A stretch of DNA of 64,000 nt from an uncultured delta proteobacterium (GTDB lineage Bacteria; Desulfobacterota; Desulfuromonadia; Desulfuromonadales; BM103): the NCBI GenBank assembly GCA_963707155.1, contig CAVPPD010000030.1, positions 2,578 through 66,577 on the forward strand, given 5' to 3'. Under the pieces are notes generated by a model. The model did not search any database. It was not told the DNA's origin and worked only from the letters and a program-made list of their open reading frames with translations. The translations under genes were made by a program, and so were the position numbers. The first letter of the stretch is position 1; the number at the start of each line of letters is the position of its first letter. Positions 1 through 9,689 of the stretch are shown piece after piece.

Positions 1-98
1 GCCCACCGAGCCTGATCGACAACGGCCTGAATATCGGTTTTATTCTCGAGTCTTTCTCTTTCGTGTTCGCTTTCTGGAAAATATGGTTGGCTTGTCAA
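1..98 (-). CDS. 5' fragment of a gene running off the window edge, possibly a class I SAM-dependent methyltransferase
   Basis: GGAG RBS then TTG start; reads MTSQPYFPESEHERERLENKTDIQAVVDQARWA..., recalling the N-termini (E..RL..KTD..V..QA.WA) of Geobacteraceae methyltransferases; only 32 codons visible. Confidence 0.4.
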   Translation of the reverse strand, partial: MTSQPYFPESEHERERLENKTDIQAVVDQARW

Positions 99-277
99 GA
101 CAGTCTCCGTCAATTTAAGATGCCCCCCGGTAGTCAGGCTAGCAAATTAATTCCAGATTCCAAAGATAATTATCAACATGCCCTGCTCTATACACGGACA
201 TTTTCATAAACCATCGTCAGGGTTAAAGGTTAATACAAGAATTTTCGCAGAAACCACCAAATATGTACCAAAAACTA

Positions 278-306
278 TTGAAGGGCACCAAATGCTGTGG
301 TAGATT
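278..306 (+). promoter_or_regulatory. sigma70-type promoter for the small ORF at 335
   Basis: TTGAAG-17nt-TAGATT with TG extended -10. Confidence 0.55.
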
Positions 307-334
307 CCTTAAAATTCATCAATGGAGGAGGGGG

Positions 335-442
335 ATGTCACATCGTTTTTTTTGTGACTTTGCCGATCAGGTGCTCAGACGTCTGATCGTCAGGGTCGTC
401 GGCTTGGCGAGTATCATGGTTGCAGGTTCCTATTTTTTCTAA
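335..442 (+). CDS. unannotated 35-aa small hydrophobic protein
   Basis: GGAGGAGGGGG directly before ATG; MSHRFFCDFADQVLRRLIVRVVGLASIMVAGSYFF*; promoter upstream and hairpin downstream. Confidence 0.55.
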   Translation: MSHRFFCDFADQVLRRLIVRVVGLASIMVAGSYFF

Positions 443-458
443 CATGCTCATTCTCGAT

Positions 459-495
459 CAGGAAGCCCCCGGCAACAATGGCCGGGGGCTTCCTG
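459..495 (+). terminator. 15-bp perfect inverted repeat (terminator/attenuator-like hairpin)
   Basis: CAGGAAGCCCCCGGC-aacaatg-GCCGGGGGCTTCCTG; weak U-tract. Confidence 0.6.
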
Positions 496-600
496 TCTGT
501 ACCACGCAAAATACGACTAAATCTTTACAACCACTTCAGCAGGACGTATAAAGGATCAAATCTGCCCATCCCGCCCCGGACCCCGGATTCAGGAGGCTCC

Positions 601-1929
601 ATGAAACTTCGCATACTGTTACTGACTGCCTGTTGCTCATTGATAACGGCAACAGCACTCGCCGCAGGCTACGGTGTCTTTACCCAGGGAGCATCCGGTC
701 TCGGCCAGGCAAATGCGGTCGTCGCGCACACAACCGGGCCGTCATCTGTCTATTTCAACCCGGCATTGATCAACGATGTCCCCGGCACCCAGGTTGAGGT
801 CGGCACTACGGCAATTTACGCCGATCGCGAAATAGACCTAGTGAGTGGCGGCAACGAAGAAGCAGATACCGAATGGAACGTCCCGTCCACGTTCTACCTG
901 ACCCACGAACTCAATGAGCAGCTGACAGCGGGCCTTGGGGTCTTCTTCCCCTTCGGCCTGTCAAACAAGTGGGATGAAGATTACGAGGGCCGTTACATCG
1001 GCACCGAAGCCGAACTGTTTACCACCAACATTAACCCGGTGATCTCCTGGCGAGTCAACAAGCGTGTTTCGCTTGCTGCCGGCGTTTCGGCCATCTATCT
1101 TGATTCAACCCTGAAGAGCAAGGTCAACCAGACCGCAGCATATCTGATGTTACAGAATCTGGGCGCCCCCTTGCCTCCTCTCGCAGCCCCTTTAAACGAT
1201 ATCGAGCAGAAGTTCGAGGGCGATGACTGGGGATTCGGCTACAACCTCGGCCTGTTGTTCAAACTGACTGACACTCTTTCTTTCGGGGCAGCTTATCGCA
1301 GCGAAGTCGAATTTGATATTGATGGAGCTGATGTCAAACTCACCGGGGTGAGCCCCCTCCTGTCCTCTGCTTTTCCAAACACCAAAGGCGATGCGAATGT
1401 GGACCTGCCTCAGCAGGCAGTGGCAGCCGTCGCAGCACAGCTGACTGAAAACCTGGTGATGGAAATCGGCCTGCGCTGGGAGGACTGGGATTCCACTGAC
1501 GAACTGAGAGTCGAACTGGAAACACCCGTTTTCTTTCAAACCTCACAAACCATCCCGCGCGACTGGCAGTCAACCTGGACCTACAATATAGGGGGTCAGT
1601 ATCAACTCACTGAGACGATGGCTTTAAATGCCGGATACCTGTACGGCCAGAATGCTGTTCCCGGTTCAACATTTGAGCCATTGATCCCGGACAGTGATGC
1701 TCACCTGTTCTGTCTCGGCACAGATTTCAGCGTCGGTCAATGGGTGGTTTCGGGCTCATTCGGATACGAGTATCGCGAGACACGTGACAAAGAGAATAAT
1801 ATCGGTGATTCGCTGGGATCGGCTGTCGCGAGCGGCGTTGCCGGGGAGTCGGTTGTCATCGGCACGGCCAACGGTGAGTATGATACGAGCATTTACCTGT
1901 TCGCATTAAGTGTCGGCTACCGGTTCTGA
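601..1929 (+). CDS. OmpP1/FadL-family outer membrane beta-barrel (hydrophobic compound transporter)
   Basis: AGGAGG RBS at ~591, signal peptide MKLRILLL...ALA, G-Q-A-x-G-x-A and YFNPA plug motifs, C-terminal aromatic YRF. Confidence 0.9.
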   Translation: MKLRILLLTACCSLITATALAAGYGVFTQGASGLGQANAVVAHTTGPSSVYFNPALINDVPGTQVEVGTTAIYADREIDLVSGGNEEADTEWNVPSTFYLTHELNEQLTAGLGVFFPFGLSNKWDEDYEGRYIGTEAELFTTNINPVISWRVNKRVSLAAGVSAIYLDSTLKSKVNQTAAYLMLQNLGAPLPPLAAPLNDIEQKFEGDDWGFGYNLGLLFKLTDTLSFGAAYRSEVEFDIDGADVKLTGVSPLLSSAFPNTKGDANVDLPQQAVAAVAAQLTENLVMEIGLRWEDWDSTDELRVELETPVFFQTSQTIPRDWQSTWTYNIGGQYQLTETMALNAGYLYGQNAVPGSTFEPLIPDSDAHLFCLGTDFSVGQWVVSGSFGYEYRETRDKENNIGDSLGSAVASGVAGESVVIGTANGEYDTSIYLFALSVGYRF

Positions 1930-2024
1930 TTTGAAACAAGCTCAGAACTAGAGACGATGAACATACCGCAGCTTCAGCGATCAGACGGCCAGGTTTCCAG
2001 GGATGAACAGCGAGAGGAGGGCTC

Positions 2025-3047
2025 TCAGGAAAGAGCGATGCCGGCAATTCGGTAGCGACAATGGTTGCAGCAATTGTCGGTCAACTCTGTCTCGACGAGT
2101 TTAAGACGCTGCCGGCGGATGACTGTCTTGCCGCAACCTGGGCAGTGCGTATCACCACCTCCAGGGTCATCAACATTCCCCAGATAGACGTATTTCAGGC
2201 CGGCCTCGCGACCAACGTTCCGGGCGAGGATCAAGGATGCGACAGGTGTCGGCGGCCGATCGAGCATCTTGTAGGTCGGATAAAAAGCAGAAAGATGCCA
2301 GGGAACATCAGGGCCAAGTTCTTCGGCGATAAAAGTCGCAATTCCCCGCAACTCTTCCTCGCTGTCATTATGCCCCGGAATCACCAGGGTGGTCACCTCG
2401 AGCCAGATACCGAGCCGTCGATAGTCCCTGAGGCAATCAAGTACACCATCGATCGAGGCGCCGGTTACCTCTTTATAGAACTGATCCGTAAATCCCTTGA
2501 GATCGACATTAGCGGCATCAAGATATGGAGCAATCGCTTCAAGAGCCTCTGTGGTTGTGTAGCCGTTGGTAACAAAAACGTTTTTTAGCCCGGCCTCCCT
2601 CGCCTTGACTGCAGTATCGAACGCATATTCAAAATAGATCGTCGGCTCGGTATAAGTGTATGCAATACTTTTCGAGCCACTCTCCAGGGCATGTCGAACG
2701 ACCTCCGACGGGGTCAACTCTGTGCCCGGGATGCCGGGATGTTCGTGAGGCCATTGAGAAATCTGGTGATTCTGGCAATGAAGACAGCGGAAGTTGCAAC
2801 CCACGGTTGCAATCGACAGGACGGGTGAGCCAGGGCAGAAATGGTACAGGGGCTTTTTCTCGATCGGATCAAGGTTCTCGGCTACGGCGCACCCATAAAC
2901 CAGAGAATAGAGGCTCCCCTCGCGATTTTCCCGAACGCCACAACGCCCCCGCCGCCCCGCTGTGATCACACAGTGAAACCGACACAGGTTGCAGCGCACC
3001 CTGCCACCGTCTGCGACTTCCCAGAATTTTGCCGGATGTAGGTTCAC
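2025..3047 (-). CDS. amrS: AmmeMemoRadiSam system radical SAM enzyme
   Basis: N-terminal CxxCxxxC...GxCGVR, DPIEKKPLYHF, GCNFRCLHCQN radical SAM motif, YTYTEPT, C-terminal CPGC/CNHC; GTG start chosen at 3047. Confidence 0.9.
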   Translation of the reverse strand: MNLHPAKFWEVADGGRVRCNLCRFHCVITAGRRGRCGVRENREGSLYSLVYGCAVAENLDPIEKKPLYHFCPGSPVLSIATVGCNFRCLHCQNHQISQWPHEHPGIPGTELTPSEVVRHALESGSKSIAYTYTEPTIYFEYAFDTAVKAREAGLKNVFVTNGYTTTEALEAIAPYLDAANVDLKGFTDQFYKEVTGASIDGVLDCLRDYRRLGIWLEVTTLVIPGHNDSEEELRGIATFIAEELGPDVPWHLSAFYPTYKMLDRPPTPVASLILARNVGREAGLKYVYLGNVDDPGGGDTHCPGCGKTVIRRQRLKLVETELTDNCCNHCRYRIAGIALS

Positions 3048-3161
3048 AGGGCCATTATAACAGAGACGAGACAAGTGGCGAGAGGATCTGTCCGGCATGC
3101 CGGCACGTTATGAGTTTTTAACTTGTAACGGGGCTTAAATCAGCCTGGATCCTGAAGGCAT

Positions 3162-3193
3162 CATTGACGCCGGGCTCTCAATGGAGAGAGCCC
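3162..3193 (-). terminator. hairpin downstream of the Sel1 gene
   Basis: GGGCTCTC-aatgga-GAGAGCCC. Confidence 0.4.
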
Positions 3194-3210
3194 AGCCATG
3201 CCATGAGATG

Positions 3211-3897
3211 TCAATAATGTACCCGGTGAGATAATTTTTTGGCAACGTCTTTCGCGCTTTTGATTTGCTCAGGAGTCAGCCGACCATCCAGGATCGCCAC
3301 ATTCTTTTTTGCATTTTCGTTGCCTATGCTGCTCGCAACAGACCACCAGGCATAGGCCATCTCAGAATTCCCTTCGTTATGATAGACACCGCCGAGACTG
3401 ATCATTGCCTCGATATCTTTCTGAAATGCGGCTTTTTCAAACCACCGGATCGCGGCCTTTGGGTCTTTCGTAACGCCAAGGCCATCTCTGTATGCAACAG
3501 CGAGATTATTTTGCGAGTCCGAAATCCCCTGTTCAGCGGCAAGAAGCCACCAATGAGCAGCCAGGGTGTAATCAGTGTCAACTCCCGTGGCAGAAAAATA
3601 CATATTTGCCAGAGCGTTTTGGCTCAGAGCATATCCCTGTTCAGCGGAAGCCTGGAACCATCTCATTGCCTCTGTGTAGTTTTGAGAGACACCCCTGCCT
3701 TCAAAATATAAGCTCCCCAGTATATATTGAGCCTCGCTGTCGCCAGCGTTTGCCTCAGACAACCACAGATCCACGGCTTTATTGAGATCACCTTTTTGAA
3801 AAGCTTGCAGTGCCTCGTCCGTTTGGGAGGCAAAAACTGTTGAAACGGCACTTGTCAAAAAAAACAGTAGCATCAGAAATGAACCGACCTGTTTCAC
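3211..3897 (-). CDS. secreted Sel1-like repeat protein
   Basis: signal peptide; repeated AQYxLGxxY..GxGV....A..W...AAEQG motifs; GGAGG RBS. Confidence 0.9.
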   Translation of the reverse strand: MKQVGSFLMLLFFLTSAVSTVFASQTDEALQAFQKGDLNKAVDLWLSEANAGDSEAQYILGSLYFEGRGVSQNYTEAMRWFQASAEQGYALSQNALANMYFSATGVDTDYTLAAHWWLLAAEQGISDSQNNLAVAYRDGLGVTKDPKAAIRWFEKAAFQKDIEAMISLGGVYHNEGNSEMAYAWWSVASSIGNENAKKNVAILDGRLTPEQIKSAKDVAKKLSHRVHY

Positions 3898-3994
3898 AAA
3901 ACCTCCATTTATTCATAATGAAATGAACACGACGTTTACACGTGTCAACTATATTAGAAACTTCGGATGGGCACGCTGCAGTTTTTAAAACTAT

Positions 3995-5092
3995 TTAAAA
4001 CATAAACCGCCGCATACCAACATTCATGAGAACCCCGACGCCGGTCATGGTCGTGATCATGCTCGTCCCACCATATGAAAAAAGTGGCAGAGGGACGCCA
4101 ACGACCGGCAGCAGTCCTATCACCATACCGAGATTAACGACGATGTGCCAGAAGAACATGGCCGAGACACCGATGGCAAGGTACATACCGAAACGGTCGC
4201 TGGAACGCAACGCAATATGCAGCCCCCAGAGTACGATCAGGCAGTAAAGCGTCAACAGCAACAAGCAGCCGAGCAGCCCCCACTCCTCGGCAAAAACCGA
4301 GAAGGCAAAATCCGTGTGACGCTCTGGCAGGAAGGACAGTTGAGATTGTGTTCCCTTCATGAAGCCCTGCCCACCGAAGCCACCACTGCCAACGGCAATC
4401 TTCGACTGTATGATATGATAACCTGCACCAAGCGGGTCCTGCTCCGGGTTGAGAAAGGTCAGAATCCTCCGTTTCTGGTAATCGTGCAGCAAAAACCATC
4501 CGCCACCGGCGGCGGCAAGTCCCGACACAGCCAGAAAGACAACGGAAGAACGTTGAACTCCCGCGAATAGAGCCATTGTTCCACCAATGCACAACACCAG
4601 AAGGGCTGTTCCCAGATCCGGCTGTTTCATAATCAGAAGGGCGGGAATCCCGAGGATCAGGCCGGGTGCGATTAATTCGCGCAGGGAAAAACCGCGTAGA
4701 TGTTCTTTTTCGCTTAAGAATCGTGCAAGAGCAATGATGATCACAATCTTCATGACTTCACTTGGCTGCACATTAAAGCCAGCCAGGCTGATCCAGCGGG
4801 TGGCACCCATACTTGTTCTGCCAACAGCGAGGACCAGCAACAGGAGCAGCAGGTTGCCACCATACAGGGGGAAGCTCAGATATTCCAGGTGGCGATAGTC
4901 AAAAAGGCAGATCAAGGCAACGATCAGGACACCGAACCCCAGCCAGTAGAATTGTTTGAGATAAACAGGTTGAGCAGCTGTCGTCCATGAAGAGGTGGCG
5001 CTGAACATATTGGCGATGCCAAGTGCTGAAATCAGTAAAATCAGCAGCAGGTAAGTCCAATTGAAGTGCGTCACGAGGCGTCTATCAAACAT
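3995..5092 (-). CDS. rodA: rod shape-determining SEDS glycosyltransferase RodA
   Basis: GATRWI, QPSEVMK, QPDLGT, GSGG, LPERHTDF, SYGGTS; follows mrdA. Confidence 0.97.
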   Translation of the reverse strand: MFDRRLVTHFNWTYLLLILLISALGIANMFSATSSWTTAAQPVYLKQFYWLGFGVLIVALICLFDYRHLEYLSFPLYGGNLLLLLLVLAVGRTSMGATRWISLAGFNVQPSEVMKIVIIIALARFLSEKEHLRGFSLRELIAPGLILGIPALLIMKQPDLGTALLVLCIGGTMALFAGVQRSSVVFLAVSGLAAAGGGWFLLHDYQKRRILTFLNPEQDPLGAGYHIIQSKIAVGSGGFGGQGFMKGTQSQLSFLPERHTDFAFSVFAEEWGLLGCLLLLTLYCLIVLWGLHIALRSSDRFGMYLAIGVSAMFFWHIVVNLGMVIGLLPVVGVPLPLFSYGGTSMITTMTGVGVLMNVGMRRFMF

Positions 5093-6972
5093 TAATCGGC
5101 CTCCGTTGTTGCCCCGGCAAGCGTATCATTGTGATCAGCTGCCTTGGAGAAATAAGCTTCGTATACGGCTTTGGCAACAGGCGCTGCGGCACTTGAGCCA
5201 TGACCTCCATGTTCAACGACCACCGCAACCGCGATCTGCGGCTTGTCTGCGGGGGCATAAGAGACAAACAGGGCATGATCCCTGTATTGATAGGGGATCG
5301 CTTCGTCATCCTTTTCCTGTTCTTCCTCTTCGTCTGATTTGCGTCGAACCACCTGGGAAGTTCCCGTCTTGCCAGCAAACCGGATTGTCTCCATGCGGCT
5401 GCGCCACGCAGTACCTCCGACGTCATTGACAACGGCCTCCATGGCTTTTCGCACTGCGCTCAGAGACTTCTCAGACCAGTTCACTTGCATGAGTTTTTCA
5501 GGCGCCAGCAGCCAGTCGGCCTGCCCCTCAAGATCAACAACTTTTTGAACGATCTGCGGCTTCCAGACCGTACCACCATTGGCCAAAGCTGCGGTCATCG
5601 ATGCAAGCTGTAGAGGCGTTGCCAGGACAAAACCTTGGCCGATCGAGGTAATCACAGTTTCGCCATTATACCAACTGGTACCGAAGCGCTTTTTCTTCCA
5701 GCTCCTGGTCGGGATCAACCCGGGGCGTTCACCACCGAACGGAAACCCCGTCGATTGCCCCAATCCTAATTGCTGCGCGGCATGCGCAATCCTGTCGATC
5801 CCTGTTTCAAGGCCAACCTGGTAAAACCAGACATCACAACTTTCCTTGATCGCTTTATGCAAATCGACAAGGCCATGACCATTTTTCTTCCAGCAACGGT
5901 ATTCATAGCTGTTACCAAGTTTGAATCTGCCATTGCACTGGACCGAAGTCTCCGGCGTCACGACCTTCGCCTCGAGGGCCGCCAGCGCCACCGCCATCTT
6001 AAACGTCGAGCCTGGTGGGTATTGACCACGCAAGACCTTGTTGGTCATCGGGTGTTGTGTATTCTCGATAAGTTCACGCCATTCGTCATTATTGACTCCG
6101 CGTGCGAACAGGGCAGGGTCGAAGGTCGGCCTGCTCACGAAAGCCAGGATTTCACCACTGTTAACGTCCAGCGCGACGACAGCTCCCGCATTATCCTCCA
6201 GAGCTTTTTCTGCCGCTTGCTGAAGTATCGCATCAATCGTCAGGTAAAGACGCTGTCCGGGCAGAGGGCTCCGTGTCGTCAGCTGACGAAGTTCGCTCCC
6301 TCTGACGTTGACCTCGATTCGTTTTTGCCCTGCAGTACCCCGCAATTTTCCTTCGAACATCTGCTCCAGAGCAGTTTTGCCGACCATCTCGCCGGAGCTG
6401 TAACCTGAGAACTCTGGATCCTGCAACTCTTCTTCCGTCACCTCACCGAGATAACCGAAAAGATGAGCGGCCATGTCGCCGAAAGGATAGTCTCGAAAGG
6501 GCTTCACCTCGACAAGAATTCCAGGGAGATTGACAGAATTCTCCTGAATTTTCTCCATCGACTGGCGACCAACATCTTTGAGAAGAGGGAGTGGCCGGTA
6601 GCGCGGCAAGCCCTCTCCGGCCTGCCAACTTCTTTTCAGCTGTTCCACATCGACTTCGAGTAATTCGCCAAGATCTTCAAACAGCTGGTCACGGTCGCCA
6701 ACTTCCTGACGCAAGGCGGAGACAGTGAAAGCGGGTCGATTATCGACCAACAGTGTCCCGTGACGGTCAAAAATGGCCCCCCGTGGGGCCTGGATAGCGA
6801 TATGACGGATTCTATTACGTTCGGAGAGGTTGCGGTAATGGTCAACGCCGAGAATCTGCAAATACCAAAGGCGTAGAGCCAGGACAAAGAATACACCGAT
6901 AACAATCAGTGACGAGGCAACAAAACGACGGCGCAGGCCGGGAGTTTCTTCTGGAGACGGGTTAAGACTCAT
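5092..6972 (-). CDS. mrdA: penicillin-binding protein 2
   Basis: N-terminal TM, PRGAIFDR, PGSTFK (SxxK), SCD, KTGT; mreBCD context. Confidence 0.96.
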   Translation of the reverse strand: MSLNPSPEETPGLRRRFVASSLIVIGVFFVLALRLWYLQILGVDHYRNLSERNRIRHIAIQAPRGAIFDRHGTLLVDNRPAFTVSALRQEVGDRDQLFEDLGELLEVDVEQLKRSWQAGEGLPRYRPLPLLKDVGRQSMEKIQENSVNLPGILVEVKPFRDYPFGDMAAHLFGYLGEVTEEELQDPEFSGYSSGEMVGKTALEQMFEGKLRGTAGQKRIEVNVRGSELRQLTTRSPLPGQRLYLTIDAILQQAAEKALEDNAGAVVALDVNSGEILAFVSRPTFDPALFARGVNNDEWRELIENTQHPMTNKVLRGQYPPGSTFKMAVALAALEAKVVTPETSVQCNGRFKLGNSYEYRCWKKNGHGLVDLHKAIKESCDVWFYQVGLETGIDRIAHAAQQLGLGQSTGFPFGGERPGLIPTRSWKKKRFGTSWYNGETVITSIGQGFVLATPLQLASMTAALANGGTVWKPQIVQKVVDLEGQADWLLAPEKLMQVNWSEKSLSAVRKAMEAVVNDVGGTAWRSRMETIRFAGKTGTSQVVRRKSDEEEEQEKDDEAIPYQYRDHALFVSYAPADKPQIAVAVVVEHGGHGSSAAAPVAKAVYEAYFSKAADHNDTLAGATTEAD

Positions 6973-7498
6973 ATCGGCTATCAAGTTTGCGCAGCCCGGG
7001 CAGGACCCTGCGAGGCATAAAGGTACGCTGAAGCCAGACGGTTAAACGTAACAGGACGAGGGCGGAAATAAAATTCAGCAGCAGCTGCAGAGGCATCTGC
7101 CACATCATTTGTGGCCAAACACGCGTCGTCTGACTGAAAAAGTCAAGGGCAAACGCCAGCAGAACAAACTGCAGCATCGTGCCGGTGAGAACCAACAGCA
7201 GCAGCAGTGGCGAGCTCTCAGTGTTCACCCTGGTCACGATGCCACGAACAGCGAGGAAAATACCGAACAAGACAAATCCGTTGAGACCCGGGAACCCTCC
7301 GGCAACACCGTCGTATCCCCACCCCAGCAGATAGACGATAAGACCGCCCCTTCGCGGCTCCTCGTGCAACCCGAGGTAGATCACAAGAATCAGCAAGAGA
7401 TCGGGTTTAGAATACCCTTGCAGCACCACGGGGAAAATAACCGTTTGCAGAACGACGGCGACCCCCGCCATGGCCAAGTAGATCAGAGTGCGGTTCAT
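6962..7498 (-). CDS. mreD: rod shape-determining protein MreD
   Basis: hydrophobic 178 aa, PDLLLILVIY motif, position between mreC and mrdA. Confidence 0.9.
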   Translation of the reverse strand: MNRTLIYLAMAGVAVVLQTVIFPVVLQGYSKPDLLLILVIYLGLHEEPRRGGLIVYLLGWGYDGVAGGFPGLNGFVLFGIFLAVRGIVTRVNTESSPLLLLLVLTGTMLQFVLLAFALDFFSQTTRVWPQMMWQMPLQLLLNFISALVLLRLTVWLQRTFMPRRVLPGLRKLDSRYES

Positions 7499-8313
7499 TG
7501 AAGACTCCGCAACAGCACCAGGACTTCCTCAAGGTGGGAGAAATCAACCGAGGGGGTCACCTCAATCGCCTGAAAAAGTCCGAACTCCTGCCGATCGACA
7601 CGACTGACATGACCCACGACCAGCCCCTTCGGGAAGACCCCGCCCATACCGCTGGTCACGACCCGGTCGCCGATCTTCACCTCTTCCTGGCGCAGAACAA
7701 AATCAAAAACCAGCTGTTCCCCCTGTCCGCGGCAGACACCACGCGCACGATTATCCTGCAGCAGACTCGCAACGGCCGAGGAAGCATCGGTTATCAGCAG
7801 AACCCTCGAGAAGCGTGGGCTGCTACGCACGACGCGACCGACGACACCCTCGGCAACGACGACGGGCATCCCTTCGGTAACGCCATGTTCCCTGCCCTTG
7901 TCGATCGTGACAGTACGAAACCAGCTGGAAGCATCCTCGGCAATCACCCGGGCCGGCAGCGTGTCAATCTCCTGCTCTTCCTTGAAATCGAGCAGAAGGC
8001 GCAGACGTCTGTTCTCCAGACGCACTTCGTCACTCTGCGTCAGAACGGCACGCAGGGTCCGGTTTTCCTCTACCAGCTGCCGATTTTCTTCGACGGTGTC
8101 TACCAGGTAGAGATAATGCCCCCAGATGTCGACGGTTGCGTTAATCGCCCTGTCAAGGCCGGCTTGCACCGGGCCGGTCACCAGCAGCACCACGCTTTCA
8201 AGGAAGTTCGTCTCGTCCTGCTTGCGCAGATTGACCGAGTACCAGAGCAGTGCGACCAGGAGCAGTACGCCACCGAGCAGCAGAGGTCTATTTTTATGCC
8301 ACCATTCCCACAT
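7495..8313 (-). CDS. mreC: rod shape-determining protein MreC
   Basis: TM + coiled coil ENRRLRLLL, IDKG..GV..GMPVV, GDRVVTSGMGGVFPKG. Confidence 0.96.
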   Translation of the reverse strand: MWEWWHKNRPLLLGGVLLLVALLWYSVNLRKQDETNFLESVVLLVTGPVQAGLDRAINATVDIWGHYLYLVDTVEENRQLVEENRTLRAVLTQSDEVRLENRRLRLLLDFKEEQEIDTLPARVIAEDASSWFRTVTIDKGREHGVTEGMPVVVAEGVVGRVVRSSPRFSRVLLITDASSAVASLLQDNRARGVCRGQGEQLVFDFVLRQEEVKIGDRVVTSGMGGVFPKGLVVGHVSRVDRQEFGLFQAIEVTPSVDFSHLEEVLVLLRSLQ

Positions 8314-8326
8314 GCTTCATTTCCAC

Positions 8327-8353
8327 GAAAAAAGAGGGCGTAAGGCCCTCTTC
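8327..8353 (-). terminator. hairpin with U-tract between mreB and mreC
   Basis: minus strand GAAGAGGGC-ctta-cGCCCTCTTTTTT. Confidence 0.5.
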
Positions 8354-8434
8354 AAATGCTGCAGAATCATAGCTGTCACAGACTTTATCCCGGGAAGCCC
8401 CGGGTATACTCATGACAGAGTTTCCCGGAAACGG

Positions 8435-9517
<1,083 letters not shown>

Positions 9518-9560
9518 TTAGAGTTAAAGTAGCCCCGATAAAGCGGGGAAAATGTTGTTA

Positions 9561-9637
9561 ACACTAGCAAAAGCCCCCCCTCTTTTCAAGGGATAAAAGG
9601 AAAAACTGTTGCATTTATACAGGTGATTGTCTAACAT
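9561..9637. promoter_or_regulatory. divergent sigma70 promoters for mreB (-) and ppiD (+)
   Basis: minus: TTGAAA-17-TAGTGT (9589-9561); plus: TTGCAT-17-TAACAT (9609-9637). Confidence 0.55.
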
Positions 9638-9689
9638 TCGGCCCTGTTCCTGAAAGACACAAAAACACCTCGAGGAGAAACCTCAACTC

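Noticed and set aside
141-156. Sigma54 promoter for the edge gene (TGGAATTAATTTGCT)
   Set aside because: GG-to-GC spacing is 9 rather than 10 nt
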